Under the pieces are notes generated by a model. That model worked only from the letters and a program-made list of their open reading frames with translations. It was not told the origin of the DNA and did no database searches. This document shows positions 12,283 to 26,105 of a DNA stretch of 64,000 bases, piece after piece (the stretch's first letter is position 1; the number at the start of each line of letters is the position of its first letter). The translations under genes and the position numbers were made by a program. Origin of the DNA: Paraspadella gotoi (taxonomy: Eukaryota > Animalia > Chaetognatha); NCBI GenBank assembly GCA_051294375.1, contig CM119270.1:2842343-2906342 (forward strand), written 5' to 3'.

Positions 12283-12899
12283 ACTCTCCACTTGATGGCG
12301 AGGACAATTTCATCAATTGCTTGACTGGTGGCCAGATTCTCCTCTGAGTCCATTAGAAGGCAGCCGAACAGGAAAAAGAGAGAAAAAAAAAAGGAAAAAA
12401 GAAAAGAAAAGGGAGGAAAAAGAAGAAAAGAAAATAGGAAAAAAAAAGGAGGAAAAAAGGAGAAAGAGAAAAGTGAATTAGAAAGAAAAAAACAATCTCT
12501 ATTTCCCTCCCAAAAAAAAAACAGTCATAAAAAACAAAAGGGAAAAACAACAGAAAAAAAAAACACCCGAAACGAGGCTCCCTTTACGATCGAGCGAACG
12601 TAATGTATTGATGCTATAAATAAAAGGGAAACGAAAAAAGAGAGACTTTTCCTTTCAAGTGAATCGTTTTCGCGGCTCAAATGTCGAATCGAACAGAATC
12701 TCGTCTTTTGTCTTTTTTTTTTTCCTTCGGTTTTTCGTTCTATTTTTAGCCAAAAATTTAAAAAAAGGATGACGAAATAGGAAAGAGTTATTTTATTAAC
12801 TATCTGTTCACATTATAATATTATTAAATGATTAGATAAGTAAAATGATAATTTCTGACAAAAGTAAAAAAACGTACATAAGTTCGAGACTGAATTAAT

Positions 12900-13006
12900 A
12901 TATACTAATATATATATACTAATATACTAATATACTAATATACTAATATATACTAATATATATTAATACTAATATACTAATACTAATATACTAATATATA
13001 TACTAA
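12900..13006. repeat. (TATACTAA)n-type AT minisatellite
   Basis: Repeated ATACTAAT units. Confidence 0.9.
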
Positions 13007-13160
13007 TTGAAACGATTCATTATCATTTTATAAGTACAACTATTATAAAAATAAACTAATATAAAAGTATCCAATATCCATTCTTTCAATGAAATTCTTT
13101 TCTAACAAAAGATTTTAAACAAGCTATACAATTTAACTCTCATTATGTTTTAGTGTAAGA

Positions 13161-13230
13161 GACTAACAGACAGACTAACAGACAGACTAACAGACAGACA
13201 GACCAACCAACCTAGCATCGCAGCTAAAAA
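13161..13230 (-). mobile_element. 5' fragment of Helentron-associated (HINE/DINE-1-like) element
   Basis: Minus strand TTTTTAGCTGCG.. followed by (GTTG)/(GTCT)n microsatellite; same architecture as the 5' end at 50400-50609. Confidence 0.4.
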
Positions 13231-13380
13231 TAGCAAAAGTCGATATATAACCATTTTGTCGTTCGCGAATCTAAACTCAAATCACTGAATAAAAAAAACA
13301 TTCTTTTTTTTGTCAGTTGCGAGAAAAAAAATAAAGAAAATGGCGTCTGTCCTCAACTTTGACATTTCGGTCAATATTTT

Positions 13381-13413
<33 letters not shown>

Positions 13414-14364
13414 NNNNNNNNNNNNNNNNNNNNNNNNNNNNNNNNNNNNNNNNNNNNNNNNNNNNNNNNNNNNNNNNNNNNNNNNNNNNNNNNNNNNNNN
13501 NNNNNNNNNNNNNNNNNNNNNNNNNNNNNNNNNNNNNNNNNNNNNNNNNNNNNNNNNNNNNNNAATAGCGTCACCCTCTCTTTCTCTCTCTCTCTCTCTC
13601 TGTCCCTGTATCTCTGTTTTTTTCTTTCGCTTTTCCAATTTTTTTCCCTGAGTCTCCTTCTAAACAAAAATTAAAACCGTCATTTATTTATTTATTTATT
13701 TTCACTTTCGTCGCCAGACGCTGGTTTTTCCTTCAAACGGTTTGTTTACCGCAATTTTGTTTTTTTCCATTTTCGAGTTTCTACCCAAAAAAATCGTTTT
13801 CGAGTCGCATTTTGTTTTGGTGAATTGAATCAATGGGTTTTTGCTTTTTCTTTGCTTTTCTGCTTTTTTTGTCCTTTGCTTTTGTCCTTTTCTAATTTTT
13901 AAGGCTCGGTACTGCCTTTCATCGTTTATTTCCCTTCACCGCAATTTTTGCTATAAATTTTCTACCAGGATGAAGAATTTTTTGACCAGATCAGGGATCA
14001 CTGATTGATTCAAATGATGATATGACAAATTTTATCGTATCCCTCCATTTCACTATTTTTTTCCTTTTTTTTTCTTTTCTTTTCTTTTCTTTTCTTTTCT
14101 TTTCCTTTCTCTGTTTTCTTTTCTTTTCCTTTCCTTTCTCTTTTTTCATTTCTTTTCTTTTGCTTTCTCTTTTTACCTTTTTTTTGTTTTCTTTTATTTT
14201 CCTTTCTCTTTTTTCTTTTCTTTTCTTATCTTTTCCTTTCTTTTTTTCTTTTCTTCTCCTTTTTTTTTTCTTTTCTCTTCGTTTCTCCTCTTCCACTATC
14301 TTTTTCATTTCTTCCTTACCTTCATTCTCTCTTCCTTTTCTCCCTTCTTTTTCCATCTCCCTTT

Positions 14365-14590
14365 TCTGTCATTCCATCCCTTTTTTCCGTCATTCCATCT
14401 CACTTTTCCCCTTCATTTTCCATCTCCCTTTTCCGTCATTCCATCTCACTTTTCCCCGTCATTTTCCATCGCCCTTTTCCGTCATTCCATCTCACTTTTC
14501 CCCTTCATTTTCCATCGTCCTTTTCCGTCATTCCATCTCACTTTTCCCCTTCATTTTCCATCGCCCTTTTTCCGTCATTCCATCTCATTT
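14365..14590. repeat. ~45-bp tandem repeat (CCGTCATTCCATCTCACTTTTCCCC..)
   Basis: About 5 copies of CCGTCATTCCATCTCA with TTTTCCATC spacers. Confidence 0.85.
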
Positions 14591-15073
14591 CCGGTTGAGG
14601 ACCTCAACTCGGTTCCGCCTTCTTCCTGCGTGACCCCGATTTCCGTTTTGCTTCGCCGATGATTCTTCCATAATTTTCCTCGCATTTATGACCTCAATAG
14701 AAAAAGGAAACCCGTCAGAAAAAGAAAGGCAATAGATAAGTAGAATGTTATTTACTTTTAAAAAACTTAGGTTTTTTTCTTATCGTGTGCAATTCAGCGA
14801 AAAGTAAGAAAAAGATAATATATGAGTAACAGTCTTTTTAAAAAAAAAATATTCAAATGAGTTTTGAAGCGAGGCTCGTAGAAAACAAATGATCAATAAA
14901 AATACTGTAAACTTTGGGTTACACCATGAAATACGGACCGACTCAGCTTCAAATAGTTCCCACGATGAATGAACCGTACATATATAATATATTATGATAC
15001 TTAAATCATTTTCCCCCATTATCCTAACTCACCTTTTCCTCCCTCACCCTCCCTTACCCTTTCCTCCCTCCAG

Positions 15074-15375
<302 letters not shown>

Positions 15376-15842
15376 AATAGGCGTCAAGCAGTAAAACATA
15401 GTTGGGATTTTTTGACCGCTCGATTTCCACGGCGGGAGATTGTCAATGCTGAATTTTAAAAAGATGCAAATTTAAAAGGGACAAATATTATTAAGCTCAC
15501 CAGCCTCGCCATCATTGAATGTGATATCTTTCATAAACCAAAGGTTTTAACAGTGACCAATGGCCCGCGTTACTCTGACTAACCCCATTGTTATCAGTTG
15601 TCAACTCATAACTCAAAGATTCCGTAGTACCAGTCATTAGTCATTGACTTTCTCCTTTTTGCTTAAACTCTTTTTCTTTCTTTTTTTTTCTCTTTTTCTC
15701 TTTTTCTTTTTTTCTCTTTTTCTTTCTTTTTTTCGTTCAACAGCCTCAAGGCCTTTTTTTGCTTTCCTTTTACCTTTCTATCTCCGTGGTTTTCTCTTAT
15801 CTATTTTTCTCTCTCTCTTCTTATCCCCCCTCCTGCCTAATT

Positions 15843-15899
<57 letters not shown>

Positions 15900-17191
15900 T
15901 TCCTCTCTCTGCTCAGCACTCATCGCCTCGTCCATAAACTTAGCCATAACCTTCCTCATAAACATCGGATGCTTCACCCAACCTTTCTCATTCCGGACGC
16001 CTCTTCTCATTTCTTTTCTTTTCTTTTCTTTTCTTTTCTTTTCTCTTCTTTTCTTTTCTCTTTTCACTTTTCTTCTCTTTTCTTCTTCTTTCTTCTCTTC
16101 TTTTATCTTTTCACTTCTCTTCTTTTCTTTTCTTTTCTTTTCTTTTCTTTTCTTTTCTTTTCTTTTCTTTTCTTTTCTTTTGTTTTCTCTTCTCTTCTCT
16201 TCTCTTCTCTTCTCTTCTCTTCTCTTCTCTTCTCTTCTTTTCTCTTCTCTTCTCCTCTCTCTTTCATTATCTCCTTTCGTTCACATTCGTTGCCATTTTC
16301 AAAGTCCTGCCACATAATTTTTCTGTCCCCGTCTTCACTGTCCTTTTTTTTCTTTTCGTCCTGTAACATTTTTTTTTCTCTCAGCTTAAAAGCATCTCCC
16401 CGTATATTGGTGGTCGCTCCCCCTAAATTACTTTAGGATCTTGCTCCCCCTGGTTACCTGCCTTCCGCTCCCCTATCCCCGNNNNNNNNNNNNNNNNNNN
16501 NNNNNNNNNNNNNNNNNNNNNNNNNNNNNNNNNNNNNNNNNNNNNNNNNNNNNNNNNNNNNNNNNNNNNNNNNNNNNNNNNNNNNNNNNNNNNNNNNNNN
16601 NNNNNNNNNNNNNNNNNNNNNNNNNNNNNNNNNNNNNNNNNNNNNNNNNNNNNNNNNNNNNNNNNNNNNNNNNNNNNNNNNNNNNNNNNNNNNNNNNNNN
16701 NNNNNNNNNNNNNNNNNNNNNNNNNNNNNNNNNNNNNNNNNNNNNNNNNNNNNNNNNNNNNNNNNNNNNNNNNNNNNNNNNNNNNNNNNNNNNNNNNNNN
16801 GGAGGAGGAGGAGGAGGAGGAGGAAGAGGAGGAGGAAGAGCGAAAGAGGAAGAAGAAGATGCGGACTAATGGGTCGAGAACAACTTGAATTGTTGCTTTC
16901 AAAGACAAAGTGCTCGTCGCGCTCGGAGAAGAGAGAGAAGACAAAAAAAAAGCTGGGCGGTGTCTCTCTCTATCTCTCGCTCTCTTGCGTCTCTCTGTCT
17001 CTCTTGCTTTTATTATTTAATTAATTTATTTATGTATTAATTTCTTCATTTAATTATCTATTTATATATTTTTTAAATTTGTATTTTTTTTTCTTTCTTT
17101 CTTTCTTTCTTTTTTCTTTTCTTTCTTTCTTTCTCTTTCTTCTTTTTTCTCTTCATCTTTTTTCTTTCCTCTTTTTTCTTTCTTTTTTCAT

Positions 17192-17224
<33 letters not shown>

Positions 17225-17441
17225 TTTCTTTTCTTCTTTCTCTCTCTCTCTCTCTCTCTCTCTTTCTTCTCTCTCTCTTTTTTTTTTCTTCAAACAAAGG
17301 CGCGAACATCAGAGGGTTTGGGTGAACAATACTAACATTGTGCCTGTCTTTTGTTCGACTGTTTTTTTTTTTTGTTTGTTTTGTTTTTTTTCGCGCGGTT
17401 CTAGCGTGGCATTTCCTTCTCTCTCTCTCTCTCGTCTCTCT

Positions 17442-17490
<49 letters not shown>

Positions 17491-17591
17491 AAAAGTCTTC
17501 CTAGCAGAAAAGTAAAACGAAATTTTTGTTTTGCAGGCTTCAAAAACAAGAAAAACAGTCATTTTCTCGTTCTTACCGTTTAGCGCATAAT

Positions 17592-17630
<39 letters not shown>

Positions 17631-17754
17631 AACCTAGTGGAGTGTAGCGAAAAGTGTAAAGCAGAAAATGAGGCGGAGAGAGAATGTCGCTGGCATCGAA
17701 GGTTTTCGCTTCCCAGAATCTTTTTGCTTTTCTTCCTTTCACTTTTGCTTTTCG

Positions 17755-18335
17755 CCCTTCACCCAAAAATCCTTTTTGCCCTTAGCCCAAAAATATTTTG
17801 ACTTTTTAGCCCAAAATCCTTTTTGCCCTTAGCCCAAAAATATTTTTACTTTTTAGGTCAAAATCCTTTTTGCCCTTAGCCCAAAAATCCTTTCCACTCT
17901 TACCCCACACACTTACTCACCCTTTAAGCCCAAAATCCTTTTTGTCCTTAGCCAAAAAATTCTTTCTGCCCATATCCCAAAACACTTACTCACCCTTTAA
18001 GCCCAAAATCCTTTTTGCCCTTAGCCAAAAAATCATTTTTGCCCTTACCCTAAAACTTTAATTCACCGTTTTAGCTCAAAATACTTTTTGCCATTATTCC
18101 AAAAATTCTTTTTGCCCTTAGTCCAAAACTCTTTTTCACCTTTGAGCCCAAAATCCTTTTCGCCCTTCACCAAAAAATCATTTTCGCCCTTGGCCCAAAT
18201 CTCTTTTTCACCTTTTAGTCCAAAATCCTTTTTGCCCTTAACCCAAAAATCCTTTTCGCCCTTAGCCCAAAACTCTTTTTCCCCTTTTAGCCCAAAAACC
18301 TTTCCGCTCTTTGCCGCAAACACCTTTTCGCCTTT
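17755..18335. repeat. 21/42-bp minisatellite (CCCAAAATCCTTTTTGCCCTTAG)
   Basis: Roughly 25 degenerate units; source of the spurious repetitive ORFs at 18063-18372. Confidence 0.9.
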
Positions 18336-18967
18336 CAACTTTCACTATTTACCTTTCTATGTGTTGAACTAACTCAGCTCCATCTTAGCCAATGTTTGGA
18401 CAGCCAGTTCGTCTTTCTGTATGTCTGGATCTTTTCGTCTGTCCTCACCTGCTTGGCCCGCTTGTCCCTCGGTCTGTCTCTCCGTAAAAAGTCCGTAAAA
18501 CATCACATCTGTTTTCCACAATTTTCGTTTCAGAATAACATTTCGATTCAGTAGAGAGAAAGAGTCAGACCGATTCTGCTTTTTCACACAGAAGTAATTT
18601 TCAAACTCTGAACGTTGTTACTTTTTTTAACTTGAAAGTGAGAGTGGGCGTCGTTTGTCATTTTCGAGGTGAATCGTGAAACTGAAGCGAAAGTGTGAGT
18701 CTTTCTTCGTCTTCACTCTAACTAATTCTTTGGACGTCTCCATTTTAAAGGACAAGTGTAAAGTTGAAATAAATACTTGTATGAAATATTTTGTATAGTT
18801 TTTTCCTTTCGTTGCGTTTGAATTTAGACGAAAAGTAAGAAAAATAATAATTTATTTACAAACATCGGTGAGATTAAAGATCGGACATGTTTCGGATTTT
18901 TTATTTTCCCTCTCTCTCTCTCTCTGTCCCCAACTTCAACCTGTCCTCTCCTCACATCTGACCACTA

Positions 18968-19098
<131 letters not shown>

Positions 19099-19106
19099 AC
19101 ACACTA

Positions 19107-19137
<31 letters not shown>

Positions 19138-19519
19138 ACTCATACATTATTTGTGAAGTGAAAATCTTTTGAATTGCACAATTGTTAAAGGCGGTGATGA
19201 AGGCTTGTAAATAAAAAATCCGAAACATGTCCCTTCTTTAATCTCATCGTTGCTTGTAAATAAATTAGTATTTACCTTACTTTTCGTCTATGAAATACTT
19301 TAAAACGTCAATAAAAAGAACACAACTGTTTTCTTTATTCGAGGTCGAATGTTTCTTTAAGGTAAGTAAAACTAAAAGGTAAGTTCTTTCCAGAGGATGA
19401 GAGTAAGGTCGGTAAGGATTTCCCTGCTGAGGTCATTCACTGGATTAAGGTCGAGGAAAAAAAGGGAGGAAATTTGTTGCGCAGAGATTTTCGGAGGCTT
19501 AAAGGTTAAACTCCTGTCG

Positions 19520-19850
19520 GAGGAAGGAAGGAAAGGAAAGATCATGGAAAGAGAGAGGAAAGGGAGGAAAGGAAAGATCATGAAGAGGGAGGAAATGGAG
19601 GAAAGGAAAGATCATGGAAAGGGAGGAAAGGGAGGAAAGGAAAGATCGTGAAGAGGGAGGAAAAAGAGGAAAGGAAAGATCATTAAGAGGGAGGAAAGGA
19701 AAGGTCATGAAGAGGGAGGAAATGGAGGAAAGGAAAGATCATAAAGAGGGAGGAAAAAGAGGAAAGGAAAGATCATTAAGAGGGAGTAAAGGAAAGATCA
19801 TGGAAAGGGAGGAAAGCAAAGACCATGGAAAGGGAGGAAAGGTAGGAAAG
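19520..19850. repeat. Purine-rich minisatellite (GGAAAGGAAAGATCATG.. ~22-27 bp)
   Basis: About 11 GGAAAGATC(A/G)T-type units; copy at 30470-30790. Confidence 0.85.
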
Positions 19851-21139
19851 GAAAGAGAAAAAGGAAATTTTATGGAAGATAAAAAGAAAGAATTGTTAGG
19901 AAGGAAGAAATGATAGGAAAGGAAATGTTTTGAAAGGTGGAGAGGAAGGGACGAATGATTGTTAGGAATGGAGGAAAATAAATCGCCTGAACTTGCAAGG
20001 AAGGAAAAGATATTTTTTTAGATCCTAAAATACAAATGGGTTATGAATTTCGACTCTATTATCTCCTCTTCACACGAATTGCCTCTCACGATTCCATTGT
20101 GACGACGTCTCTAATATCTTATGGATGCGACGTCACCTCACAGACAAATGGGCGAAATGATCAGAGGCAAATATTTTCTGAATCTCTTGACTCCTTTTTT
20201 TTTTGCAGATGGAACTGAATGACGAGACTAAAAAGGAGACGAATGGACTTTCATATGACGCAAGGAGAAAAGACGACGATGAGGAAGACGAACGACGACG
20301 ACGACAACGACGACAGCGGTTGATATCTGAGACACTTTTTTGACGAGATCGGAAACTAGTAAAGCACAAGGCACATTGATGAAAAAAGTCTTTTTTGATA
20401 CATTTATATATTTTATTGTATAAAATTCTTGAAATTTGTTCTAAAGTTTCGCTTGTTATTTTCAGCGTGTATTTTCTAAAAGGAAAAGAAAATTTGGTGA
20501 GCAAATGTTTTATTGATCGAAGAGAGAAAAAAAGGCGAGATGATTTGAATGAGAAAATCTAAGGAAGAAGAACAAAATACGTTTAAACAAAAGGCAAACG
20601 TTATAAATTTTGCCTAAAGTTTGATACACAGAAATATATATATATTTATATATACAAATAAATAAATAAATAACAAACAATAAACCAAAAAGCAGAGAAT
20701 AATGTAAAATGAAATGGAGAAACAATCCCAAGATAGAAAATAAAAATTAGAACGAAAAAAGAAGAAAAAAATAGAATAATAAAAAGGAGGAAAAAGGAAA
20801 GATTAAAAAGGAGGAAAAGAAAAGAATAAAAAGGAGGAAAAAGAAAAGAACAAGGAGGAAAAAAGAGGAAAGCGATTACAAATGAAAAATGACATTAGCA
20901 TTGGACGCGGTCGAGTCCACGGTTAAATATTTGTCGTTTAAGAAGAGCGAGGATAGAGAGAGAGAGAGAGAGAGAGAAAGAAAGAGAGAAAGAGAGAAAG
21001 AGAGAGAGACAGAACCTATTTCCTAAGTGCTTGTGGAAAGTAGACTCGTTTTTATCGCTGTCGTCGTCTTTGTTGTTGTTGTTGTCATCGTCAATAATAG
21101 TAGTCGTCGTCGTCGTCGTCGTTGTTGTTGTCGTTGTCG

Positions 21140-21171
<32 letters not shown>

Positions 21172-21369
21172 CGTCCTTCGTCTTGAATTCGCGATGATTT
21201 CAACAGAAGCGTCACGTTATTTTTGTGCGTTTGTTTTGTTTGTTTGTTTTTGTTTATTATTTTCGATTTTCCCGCCCCAATTTGTGAGGATTCGTCTCAT
21301 GGTGACTCGCTAGTCCGTATGAGAGAGAGAGAGAGAGAGAGAGANNNNNNNNNNNNNNNNNNNNNNNNN

Positions 21370-21427
<58 letters not shown>

Positions 21428-21448
21428 TGTTAATGTTTTGTCACATAA

Positions 21449-22930
21449 GGTTCCGCATACAATCCGTGTCTTTTAGACAACGAAATCTGAACTTCAATAA
21501 TTACCATCTTTCTTGATCTCATTGGTTAGAATGAAGCTTTCTTTATTTAAAAAAACGGTAGGCTATAGTTATCTTCTTCTTATGACATAGTAATTTCCAG
21601 GTAAATTTCTATGAGTTAAAAATACGGTAAGACATGTTTTCTTCAATGAGTGTCAATCAAATCTTAATTTTAGAAATAAGTATGATTGAATTTTTATGGT
21701 AAAGATAACTTTAAAGATTGAATTCCTCATAAGAATCTTCACGTCTTTTACTTACACAAAACTATTCAGGCAGGACGCCACATTATCTCATACAATGTTT
21801 TTCCCCTCATACCCTTTCTCTGATTCTTTTTCTTCATCTCTTTTCTTCTCTTTATTTGCATTTTTCTTTCCCTCTTTCCTCCCCTACTTCTCACGCCGTC
21901 AATTACCATTTTTTTAGCCCTACCTTTTTTTTGCCACTCTTCCACTTTCCTCACCTTTTTTCTCTTCTTAATTCTTTCCCTTTCTTTTCCCCTCTTTTTC
22001 TTTCCATTTTTCCCTATTTTCCTACCTTTTATTTGTCTCACTATTTTTTTCGCCATTTGCCTTCTTTTTTTGCCATTTGCCTTCTTTTTTTGCCATTTGC
22101 CCCCTCTTTCATTCTCTCCCGACCTCCTTTTCTTGTTCTCCCGTTCGTTTTTCCTATCACTACATTTACATTGAGCCAAATAAAAAAATCTTTCTTTTGC
22201 GTTATAAAAAAAGAAATTAACGGTAATAAAGGATTTTATTTCAATTTTGGTTGCCTAGCAGATTTAATAAATCGACAGATTTTGCGGAAAATTTTTCGCA
22301 AAATCTGTCGATTCTCAGAAAAAACAAGTCCTGACGCTTTCCATTGGTTAAAAGGATGCGGTTTTTTTTGTTTTAATAACGTCAGTATGTAGCTCATCCT
22401 TTAAAACTAATAAATGAGTTAAAAATACTCTCTTTATCAAAAATAAATGCAAGTCACAAAAAGTCACAAATTAAAAGTTGTCTTTAAAAATTATTTGTGG
22501 CTAAATGAAAAAAGTTTTTTTGATAATTTTGAAGGTGTTAAAAGCTTATTTAATAGGCTATATTTTCTGTTAATTTAAACCAATTTGATTTATTTTTGTT
22601 TAACAAATTATGATAAAGACTGAAACTGCAACTTTTTGACTTGTTAACTTTAAAATTAATTCATAGGCAAACTATAAATGACTTAAGCAAATAAATTTAC
22701 ACAGGGGTAAAGAAGATAAGGAAGAACGGATTTCCAAAGTAAAAATTTTTCTCAACTTTCCTTGGCATTCAAATCATAGGTCGTAAGTAAAAATGGACAA
22801 AAATGGACATAATTTTTTTTCCTAAAAGTTGCCAAAATGGTACTCTTTTATCATTAGAAACGGGTGGAGATGTTTCTAACCAATCCTTCGTTCGACCTAA
22901 TTTGTGTTGAGGCACAAAGTTAATCAACAT
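21449..22930. mobile_element. Non-autonomous TIR DNA transposon, left part (host of the Gypsy insertion)
   Basis: Starts ATAA|GGTTCCGCATACAA; the right TIR is visible only in the duplicate copy (34092-34105). Confidence 0.55.
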
Positions 22931-23243
22931 TGTAAGTAACAACTGAACAATAGTGGCATCGCAGGAGTATCAAGCCACCAAAATCGAATCGGATCAAGCG
23001 AAATGGAATCGCCGAATCCTGATTGGTCAAGCACGAACGGAATCGACCAATCAGCTTGCAGAATCATTGAATTGTAAATTTTACCCACGTTGCCGATCCT
23101 CTTCCCAAGATATAAATAGACTTAGCTTGTTCTAGTTTCAGTAGAATGATCAAGACTCCTGCGCGCGTCTCACCGTCACCTTTATTCTCAGAATAAAACC
23201 TCTTCTTGATTTCGTCATAGAAATCCATGAGTTTTTCCTTAAA
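22931..23243 (+). repeat. Putative 5' LTR (313 bp)
   Basis: Begins TGTAAG and ends CTTAAA (one mismatch from inverted CTTACA); contains ATTGG 23022, CCAAT 23047, TATAAA 23111 and AATAAA 23192; followed 2 nt later by TGG. No second LTR to confirm. Confidence 0.65.
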
Positions 23244-23245
23244 TG

Positions 23246-23256
23246 TGGTGACAGGA
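23246..23256 (+). other. Putative primer-binding site TGGTGACAGGA (tRNA-Leu-like)
   Basis: TGG just after the LTR end; resembles the Leu-type PBS TGGTGTCAGGA. Confidence 0.5.
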
Positions 23257-23319
23257 CTTCTGGGCAAGACTCACCACTCCTCCGAGAAGCCAAAGCCACC
23301 AGCAACCACGCCACCTCAA

Positions 23320-25050
23320 ATGGATCCCGCACCCTCAACCTCCACTGACACCCGGGCTGGGCAGATACCACCACCTCTCCCAGCACCAAAAGGAATCTGG
23401 ACGGATTGGCGAGATCCAGACAAAACGACGCCGAAATCCGATTTCGGCGATGGCGACGGTAGCAGTTGCGACGACGACGACTTGGTGCGCACTTTCAACA
23501 TGCCGCCCGAGTTAAAAAGCACTGCAGACTGACGACGAAGGATGGCATTATTGCCAAACAGATCATGCAAATCGTAAATGAAACAAACTTTCACAATCAA
23601 CAAAAATTTGAACGTATTGCAGAAGAAATAAAGACCATGGACACAAAAATAGGTGCCATGGATACAAAGATCGAACCATGGACAAACACATGGTAACAGC
23701 CGACCAGAAGCTGGACACGATCATCGCAGCCCTCCGAGGCGGGAACAACACTCCTCAAACAGCGCCGCACCAGCGTCAATCTACCCTGCACTCCCCAATG
23801 GACGACAACAACTTTCAGCTCACCCTCAACCCATCGATAAAGTTAGCCAACCCCACGACGACGTGAGGTCCGAGACGGCCGTCAGCGAACCGCCTGGATA
23901 CACGCCGTCTGAACGCCCCATCAAGCTTGAAAAGAGAGAAAAAGGAGCAAACGCCTGAACAATACTTACGAAACTTTTACCAGGCTTATAAGGACTCAAC
24001 TGCGTCGCTAACAAGATAGACGAACAACTTCGCGCCATCCTAGCACAAGACAAAGAGGCCGCGAGTTCACGATTGAACTCAACGGCAGTCGATGGCTGGG
24101 ATTACGCGCAATCTTGAATCGTCATCACTCTCGATCGCCGAGGCCGACAATTAGCCACCTTGTCGGTTGACCCAGCCGTCCACTCGAGATACGGAGTTGC
24201 GTTAGTGAACGAAGCTCTAGAAAAATATGAAAATGTCCGAGAAAAAGACAAACCGTCCATCCCAGACTACGCAGCACAGCTCCTCGTCAAAAGCCTTGAA
24301 CCATACATGCAAGGCATTACAACGAAAAACTCTTGAATGGACTTACTTTCTCGAACGACAACAATACCTGGAGCTTGGCAGGGAAATCGAGTACCGTCTC
24401 AAAGGTTACCTAACCAGCGGGTCAAATAGCGAAAGGATAAGAAAAGTCGTCAACACTGTCTCCGACGACGATAAAGAAAAACTCGTAAATGCCCTCGTCA
24501 CCAAAGGACTCACGGATCAGGATCCAAACAGCAGCGCAACAGCCTTTTACCAAGGCACGATGCTGCAAGAACTGAATAACGTCAGCGAGACCATTAAGGA
24601 GATGAGAAAGCAGTTAGGAAAGCCGAATCGCGCACGAGAGGACCAGCGATTCGAACGACGCCGTGATGACCGCCGCGACGACCGCCGAGACGATCGCCGT
24701 GACGAACGCCGCGACGATCGCCGTTACGACGACCGACAGAAAAGACGGAAAACGCTTCGATAAAGAACTTCAGCCAAAGAGGAGGCTGGAAAGGAGGTTG
24801 GAAAAACGAAAAAGGAGGACGTAACTGGCGCGACGACGACAGAAAGGGAAAACGTTTCTCAAAGTTTGGGAAAAGGAGGGATATTGTTTGCTTAAACGAA
24901 GACTTAGAAAATGATTCTGCCGATGATGAAATGTTCGTTCTTAATAAAAACAATTTTCATTATTCTCGCGTAATTGATAAACAAAAAACAAAAGCAGAAG
25001 CCAGCCGTAATCAGCTAAACAAACATATCAAAAGCTTGGAAAAAAGGTAA
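23320..25050 (+). pseudogene. gag: Gag-like ORF (several frameshifts)
   Basis: Joined + frames: Pro-rich N-terminus, coiled-coil heptads (KTMDTKIGAMDTKIE), helical core (24227-24600), C-terminal (RRDD)n and RGGWKGGW basic region. Called by position, not by motif. Confidence 0.65.
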
Positions 25051-25479
25051 ACGCACTTAGAAACAGAAGTCCAATGATAAAGAAAGAGCAAAAAGGATAG
25101 AAATCTAGCAGATATTGCAAATGGTTTCAAAGGAAAATCTACCTCCGCCAGGATGCACAAACTCTTGAAACCTTTAACAAAAAACGAACTGATTCTAGTA
25201 AATAAACTCGTTCACCAGATGGGATGGAAAGACTGGGACAAAGCCAACGACGCCGAAAAAGAGCCAAGATCAACAGGTCCAAGGCTTGTGCCAAGCTGGT
25301 AAGACGATCCCATCGTCGGAGGAAAACAAACAAGAAACACCTCCCCCCTCTTTTCTCCTCCTCCTCCACCCTCGCCACCTCCTCAACAAACAACCGGGTA
25401 AACCCAATGAGGAGAAAGAGCGATTGGGCCTCAGAAAACTAAAACCTACTGGGGAACCGACAACCCAACCTACAGCATA

Positions 25480-26105
25480 GTGGCCGGCGAACACAACGGA
25501 GAATCTCTTCACCAGGCTACTATACGCAGAATAGAGCTAGAAATACACGATCCAGAAGTGTACCTACAGCCATCTCCATCTGCCGAAACCACAAAAGATG
25601 AAAAGGAAATCCCATCGCTCCCCACTGAGATAAAACTAAGAAACATTTCTCCAACGGAAGGCCCTGCTCCGCGTGACGCACGGGAAACTCCCTACACACC
25701 GGTAAAAAACAGCTACATACCGGCAGTCATAGCGGGAGCACCAGCAAGCTGTCTTTATGACACAGGAGCCTCGATAAACACAATTCCTCGGAGATTTATT
25801 GAAAAATGGGGCCTTGCCAGAGAAATTTACCATGGCAAGCCTCTGAAGCTCTCGACCGCCACCGGAACAATTACCTTAACGAAATGATTAACATCAGGAT
25901 CATGTTCCAAGCGTGGGTACTGAGGACAACATTTTATATATCAGCCGATGAAAACGACCAGGATATCATCATCGGCACGGCCGTCACTAACCCTGGCCCA
26001 CACAAAGAGATGTGGGTAGTGCAGCCATCCACATCGAGAAAAGATCTTCTGATAGCGGCGATGGATGGAAAACCAGTTCACACATCTCTTTCAAGAGAAG
26101 CATGA
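25480..26105 (+). pseudogene. pol: Retropepsin-type aspartic protease domain
   Basis: CLYDTGASINTI (Asp codon at 25759), flap LSTATG, and DIIIG in the next frame. Confidence 0.88.

Noticed and set aside
20209-20343. Acidic terminal exon after TTTTGCAG (MELNDETKKE..)
   Set aside because: The two copies give different frames and the segment is largely (GAC)n, so it cannot be supported.
22954-22968. TGGCATCGCAGGAGT as a tRNA-Arg PBS
   Set aside because: Needs several gaps to match, and lies upstream of the TATA and AATAAA signals, so it is inside the LTR.
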